A stretch of 59,449 nt of DNA, from positions 1 to 59,449 of the forward strand of contig BTWA01000037.1 of NCBI GenBank assembly GCA_045863295.1. Reading direction: 5' to 3'. The notes beneath the pieces are model-generated. The model did not search any database. It was given only the letters and a program-made list of their open reading frames with translations, and was not told where the DNA came from. Shown one piece after another: positions 57,919-59,449 of the stretch (positions are counted from its first letter, which is position 1; each line of letters starts with the position of its first letter). The DNA is from Candidatus Hydrogenedentota bacterium (GTDB lineage: Bacteria; Hydrogenedentota; Hydrogenedentia; Hydrogenedentales; SLHB01). The position numbers and the translations under genes are program-made.

Positions 57919-58020
57919 CCCTCGTTCCCAAGCTTCCGCTAGGAAACCCACTCCCGAAACGCTCCGCTTTGTCTTCCTCTCCGTACTGACCTAAAATGCC
58001 TTCAACGCGAAAGGAGGCCC
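57919..58020 (+). repeat. Dispersed 102-bp promoter/RBS element (copy 2)
   Basis: 96/102 identical to the reverse complement of 1-102; TTGTCT 57969-57974, TAAAAT 57992-57997, AAAGGAGG, then ATG at 58022. Confidence 0.9.
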
Positions 58021-58021
58021 C

Positions 58022-59284
58022 ATGCAGGCATCGCCCACCTACAACCTGCACACCCGCAAAAACCGCCTCCCTTCAAATCTTCCTATCTACGCCCATCGGC
58101 GTTCATCTGCGGATAAAACTCCTCGTCGTACCCACACCTCTGCCCAATCCCTGTTCAGCACCGGCTTCTGGCAAACTGCCGACATCGACGACATCCGCTT
58201 CACCGGCTCCAACCTTAAAACCACCACCACCTTCACCTACGACGACTGGGGCCGCATGACCCAAAAAGCCAACAGCGGCTTCACCGCCGACTACGCCTAC
58301 CGATACGAAGACTCGTTATTTTCACTACAAAGCGATTTCCCAGAGGAGCAAGATGTCTCCTGCGAGTATGGTGGCAACTTGAGTCGACGAATTAAAGTGG
58401 ATGACTCAAGCACGACCCAGTATCGATTCGCAATTGACAACTTGATCGTTAACGAGGAGGATGAATCAGGTGTATTGCAGCGGACATACGTGGGCAGAAC
58501 ATATGCTTCGTCGATCGGAACAATGCCCGCATCCGGCGAATGGGAATTTTACACATTAGATCACTTACTGACTGTAAGATCCGGATTCTCTGGTGACAAG
58601 ACATTGTCGAGTCGGTACGAATACACCCCGTTTGGTTCTCCGCTTTTGTCCACGTATAGTGCAACTGGTTGTCATGTTTTTTCATCCAATCGCTTGGATA
58701 AGGTCAACAAATTGATGTTCTCGCGAAGCAGGGTATATTCGCCAAGTGGAGTACGTTGGATGACCCGTGACATGGCTGGCATGATAGATACTCCCAATCT
58801 GTATACTTATGTACGTATGCAACCAGTGTCATTCATTGACACCGAAGGTTTCTTTGCATTCCCAGCTTTATCAATTGTGGGTGGACTCGTTGGTTGTGGC
58901 GTGGGGGCTTATATGGGATTTGTGTCTGATGCACTTGAACGCGGCCCCGGCTCTACAATGGCTACTCGATCAAAGTCAGCATTCTGTAACTGTATAGGCG
59001 GCGGAATCAGTGGAATGTCACTTGGAATGGGATTCATCGGCAACGCGCTATTTGGAGGTATGGGAGGAATGGCCGCATGTCTCTGCCAAGGGAGGTCAGC
59101 CCAATGTTGTGCGCTGACCAGTGCAGCTTCAGGAGGATTGGCAGGATTGGGTGGGCTCGGCTTTAGCACCAGAACTCTCGCACTAGGAGGTAGTGCCAAT
59201 ACTGCGGCATCAATGAGCAGCATAGGGGCTGGTGTGGGAGGTGGATTTGGTTCGGCTCTGGGCTGTTTCTGCCCTGACAGTTAA
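58022..59284 (+). CDS. Orphan Rhs module: partial, diverged Rhs core plus Gly/Cys-rich C-terminal toxin-like domain
   Basis: YDDWGR, DHL.TVR, YEYTPFG, RWMTRD.AG..DTPNLYTYV...PVSFIDTEG (variant of PxxxxDPxG); no full YD shell. Confidence 0.82.
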   Translation: MQASPTYNLHTRKNRLPSNLPIYAHRRSSADKTPRRTHTSAQSLFSTGFWQTADIDDIRFTGSNLKTTTTFTYDDWGRMTQKANSGFTADYAYRYEDSLFSLQSDFPEEQDVSCEYGGNLSRRIKVDDSSTTQYRFAIDNLIVNEEDESGVLQRTYVGRTYASSIGTMPASGEWEFYTLDHLLTVRSGFSGDKTLSSRYEYTPFGSPLLSTYSATGCHVFSSNRLDKVNKLMFSRSRVYSPSGVRWMTRDMAGMIDTPNLYTYVRMQPVSFIDTEGFFAFPALSIVGGLVGCGVGAYMGFVSDALERGPGSTMATRSKSAFCNCIGGGISGMSLGMGFIGNALFGGMGGMAACLCQGRSAQCCALTSAASGGLAGLGGLGFSTRTLALGGSANTAASMSSIGAGVGGGFGSALGCFCPDS

Positions 59285-59298
59285 TCGGATTTCAAGAG

Positions 59299-59449
59299 AT
59301 GGATCCAGCACTGAAAGAAATTCTCCAAGTTGTCAAGGCCGTTTTCCAGAAGAAAGGAGTCTGTTTCCTAGTCATTAGCACTAGCTTGTGTGCGGCATAT
59401 ATTGCGTGGAGGTTTTTGATCATTCCGACCGCCGGGAATCCCCTGCTGC
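59299..59449 (+). CDS. Putative membrane immunity protein (truncated by window end)
   Basis: ATG 14 nt after the Rhs stop; open to the end: MDPALKEILQVVKAVFQKKGVCFLVISTSLCAAYIAWRFLIIPTAGNPLL. Confidence 0.55.
   Translation, partial: MDPALKEILQVVKAVFQKKGVCFLVISTSLCAAYIAWRFLIIPTAGNPLL

Noticed and set aside
1..58020. Whole 58 kb as a transposon or invertible segment bounded by the inverted 102-bp copies
   Set aside because: The interior holds essential genes (nusA, infB, rbfA) and no transposase or recombinase; a dispersed repeat is simpler, though inversion by homologous recombination cannot be excluded.

Overview
Bacterial chromosomal window with no rRNA, tRNA, CRISPR or transposase. The style of the surface and Rhs proteins suggests Candidatus Hydrogenedentota, but that is inference only. 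Left to right: a cluster of REP-like hairpins, radA and lysA; three tandem paralogous ~2000-aa secreted, membrane-anchored proteins (~12 NHL repeats, an active clan-CD/C13-like peptidase domain, a catalytically dead copy of it, PPC/Ig/PEGA-like stalk, FN3 with a Gly-Cys loop, C-terminal TM); an ECF sigma/anti-sigma pair with its own ECF-type promoter; hslU-pgeF; the rimP-nusA-infB-DUF503-rbfA-DHH-truB-ribF operon; a TolC/adaptor/MacB-like ABC exporter; an EVE-Gpx-methyltransferase-MtfA operon; a MoxR/vWA pair; a TPR protein; an unannotated 29-aa hydrophobic peptide gene with a near-consensus promoter; YccA; a PAS histidine kinase; an M14 peptidase; a DUF2851 gene broken by one TAA; an aldo-keto reductase; a UbiA prenyltransferase; a REP-like repeat mosaic; and an orphan Rhs toxin with a probable immunity gene. 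Most notable: (1) the active/dead caspase-fold protease trio; (2) a 102-bp element carrying a sigma70 promoter and RBS, present in inverted orientation at both ends of the window and starting the orphan Rhs ORF; (3) the small peptide gene. Family calls rest on motif recognition by eye, not database searches.
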